From a virus, in IMG/VR virus record IMGVR_UViG_3300017440_000004, positions 1 through 42,216 of that record: a DNA stretch of 42,216 nucleotides. One strand, given 5' to 3'. This document shows, one piece after another, positions 40,916-42,216 of this stretch. The position numbers and the translations under genes are program-made. Position 1 is the first letter of the stretch. Each line of letters opens with the position of its first letter. The notes under the pieces were generated by a model. That model saw only the letters and a list, made by a program, of their open reading frames with translations. It made no database searches and was not told the origin of the DNA.

Positions 40916-41782
40916 TTACTTCTCCTCTACAAAATCGGTGGTGTCCGGCGCATCGTCCTGAACGACAGCGGGCTTCGCCTTTCGTGCAGCCTTGGCCGGC
41001 GCTTCTTCCAGAAGGAACGCCAGCGGGTTGACGCCTTTTTCAACCGCGATGTCATCTTCGATGCCGAAGCGGTTCTTGGAGAGGCTGGCTGGCTGGAGGT
41101 ATGTCACCAGCACGCGGTCGCCGGTGGTCACAGCACGCCCCGGCTTTGCGGCTCGGTCTGCCTTGGCTTCGGTGGCACCGCGGACGATGCGTTCCTGCTT
41201 CAGAAAACCGACAAGATCGACCGCATCAGTGTACGGCGCGATAGACTTCTTCGGCAAACGCAGCGTGTAAAGGCTGAACGGGTCGCCGTCCGGCGGCGAC
41301 ACATCGGCAATGTCCGCATGCCCCACGAACACGGTGTGCATCCCGCGCCGCTTACGCAGGAATTCGACGGCCTTGCGCACCCGCATGTGGCTGGCCTGCA
41401 CGGCCGCAGGGCCAGCCCCGTAGCCGCCCATTGCCTGAATAATGCCGCGAGCCTTGCCGCCGTTTTTGGCCTCTTGATCCAGAACGTCGGCTGTAAACAA
41501 GCTGTCCAGCCCGGTAACGCTGTCGAGGATTAGCGTCTTGTAGGCATGATCGTCGTTCAACAGCGCCTTCAGGATTTCCCAGAGATCGTCTGCTGTTTGC
41601 AATTCCGGCAGAGAGTCTGGCGGCGTTGCAATGTCGCGGGGCAATGCCTCGCCCTGCGTGCGGATCAGGATTGCGTCTGGGAATGTCGCTGCAAGGCTGG
41701 TTTTACCGGACCCCGCGGTACCGACGATGGTAGCCACGATTGGTTCGCGCTCGGGCTTTGAGGCGCGCTGGAGGATGCTCAC
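40916..41782 (-). CDS. Sak4-like / AAA_24 RecA-fold ATPase (recombination mediator)
   Basis: Walker A is GTAGSGKTS and Walker B is TLILDSVTGL. 288 aa. GTG start. It is the first gene of the leftward replication operon. Confidence 0.8.
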   Translation of the reverse strand: MSILQRASKPEREPIVATIVGTAGSGKTSLAATFPDAILIRTQGEALPRDIATPPDSLPELQTADDLWEILKALLNDDHAYKTLILDSVTGLDSLFTADVLDQEAKNGGKARGIIQAMGGYGAGPAAVQASHMRVRKAVEFLRKRRGMHTVFVGHADIADVSPPDGDPFSLYTLRLPKKSIAPYTDAVDLVGFLKQERIVRGATEAKADRAAKPGRAVTTGDRVLVTYLQPASLSKNRFGIEDDIAVEKGVNPLAFLLEEAPAKAARKAKPAVVQDDAPDTTDFVEEK

Positions 41783-41875
41783 AATGAGGTGGTTCCTTTC
41801 TCTGCTTCTTCCGGGGTTGCTTGTGCCAGCGTTAGTGGGTAACGGTCAAGCGGTATTTTTAAAGGAGTGCAGCCA
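41783..41875. promoter_or_regulatory. Divergent intergenic control region (leftward replication operon versus rightward HTH/primase super-operon)
   Basis: 93-bp gap between divergent first genes. AAGGAG lies 9 nt before the ATG at 41876. No confident -35/-10 assignment could be made. Confidence 0.4.
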
Positions 41876-42055
41876 ATGTTGACCTTGCCGCAGATTATAG
41901 ACCAACTGCGGGACCGCAGACCGGGTATGGTGGCCGAGGCGCTAGGCGTCAGGGTTTCCACCATCATCGACATCAGGGAGGGGCGGACGCGCAATCCGTC
42001 ATACGAGACGGTCAAGGCTCTGTCGGACTATCTTACGCAGCAGGTTTCCGCATGA
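41876..42055 (+). CDS. Small HTH (XRE/Cro-like) DNA-binding protein (59 aa)
   Basis: MLTLPQIIDQLRDRRPGMVAEALGVRVSTIIDIREGRTRNPSYETVKAL. The ATG at 41876 follows AAGGAG. Its stop overlaps the primase ATG (ATGA). Confidence 0.65.
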   Translation: MLTLPQIIDQLRDRRPGMVAEALGVRVSTIIDIREGRTRNPSYETVKALSDYLTQQVSA

Positions 42056-42216
42056 CCAACGTCGTCAAGCTGCGGCCCTCGACGGGCCACATGATGTATC
42101 GCGACTTCATGGCGGCGGGCCACCCGATTTTTCCCATTTACCGGTTCAAGACCAATGGGCAATGCGAGTGCGGCGATCCTGAATGCCCTGCACCCTCGAA
42201 GCATCCTCGCGCATCC
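42052..42216 (+). CDS. 5' end of the PrimPol/helicase gene (continues at position 1 of the circle)
   Basis: The ATG at 42052 gives MTNVVKLRPSTGHM, followed by MYRDFMAAGHPIF..., which is identical to the ORF at position 1. Confidence 0.85.
   Translation, partial: MTNVVKLRPSTGHMMYRDFMAAGHPIFPIYRFKTNGQCECGDPECPAPSKHPRAS
42094..42216. repeat. Terminal overlap identical to 1..123
   Basis: Direct comparison of both window ends. Confidence 0.95.

Noticed and set aside
1-42216. Classification as a T7-like (Autographivirales-type) podovirus because of the internal-core/SLT gene set
   Set aside because: There is no single-subunit RNA polymerase, no family A DNA polymerase and no phage-promoter repeats. 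The terminase and portal look P22/PBSX-like and the capsid DUF5309-like. Only the general podovirus-like layout is claimed.

Overview
The window is one complete, circularly closed dsDNA tailed-phage genome. The unit length is 42,093 bp: bases 1-123 recur verbatim at 42094-42216, and this repeat cuts through the primase ORF. I found no tRNA or rRNA genes, CRISPR array, integrase, CI-type repressor, DNA polymerase or RNA polymerase. The architecture fits a virulent, podovirus-like, high-GC phage. An alphaproteobacterial-type host is only my inference. The layout has four parts. (i) A rightward super-operon of about 30.6 kb starts at a divergent control region (41783-41875) with a small HTH gene and a PrimPol/helicase. 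It wraps through position 1 and runs through about 15 tiny, often Cys-rich ORFs. It continues through TerS/TerL, portal, scaffold and a DUF5309-like capsid. A tail block follows: collagen-like fibre, SGNH-esterase/LamG protein, beta-helix protein, adaptor-like and nozzle-like proteins. Next come internal/ejection proteins including an SLT transglycosylase, then a pectate-lyase-fold tailspike. The super-operon ends in a lysis cassette with holin-like TM proteins, a GH24 endolysin, no recognisable spanins, and a 46-aa polycationic peptide. (ii) A leftward chain of 12 translationally coupled micro-genes runs from 33675 to 30444 and includes a Lar-like zinc-finger fusion protein. (iii) A rightward islet (33794-35848) begins with a Cro-like HTH and ends in a low-GC orphan Dam-type methyltransferase. 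(iv) A leftward replication/recombination block runs from 41782 to 35832: Sak4-like ATPase, DUF669-like SSB, YqaJ exonuclease, SF2 helicase, VRR-NUC nuclease. Three free-standing HNH endonuclease genes interrupt these modules. Each is AT-rich and each is preceded by a perfect GC hairpin. All family names come from motif recognition by eye; no database search was possible. Long antisense ORFs in the track are high-GC shadow ORFs.
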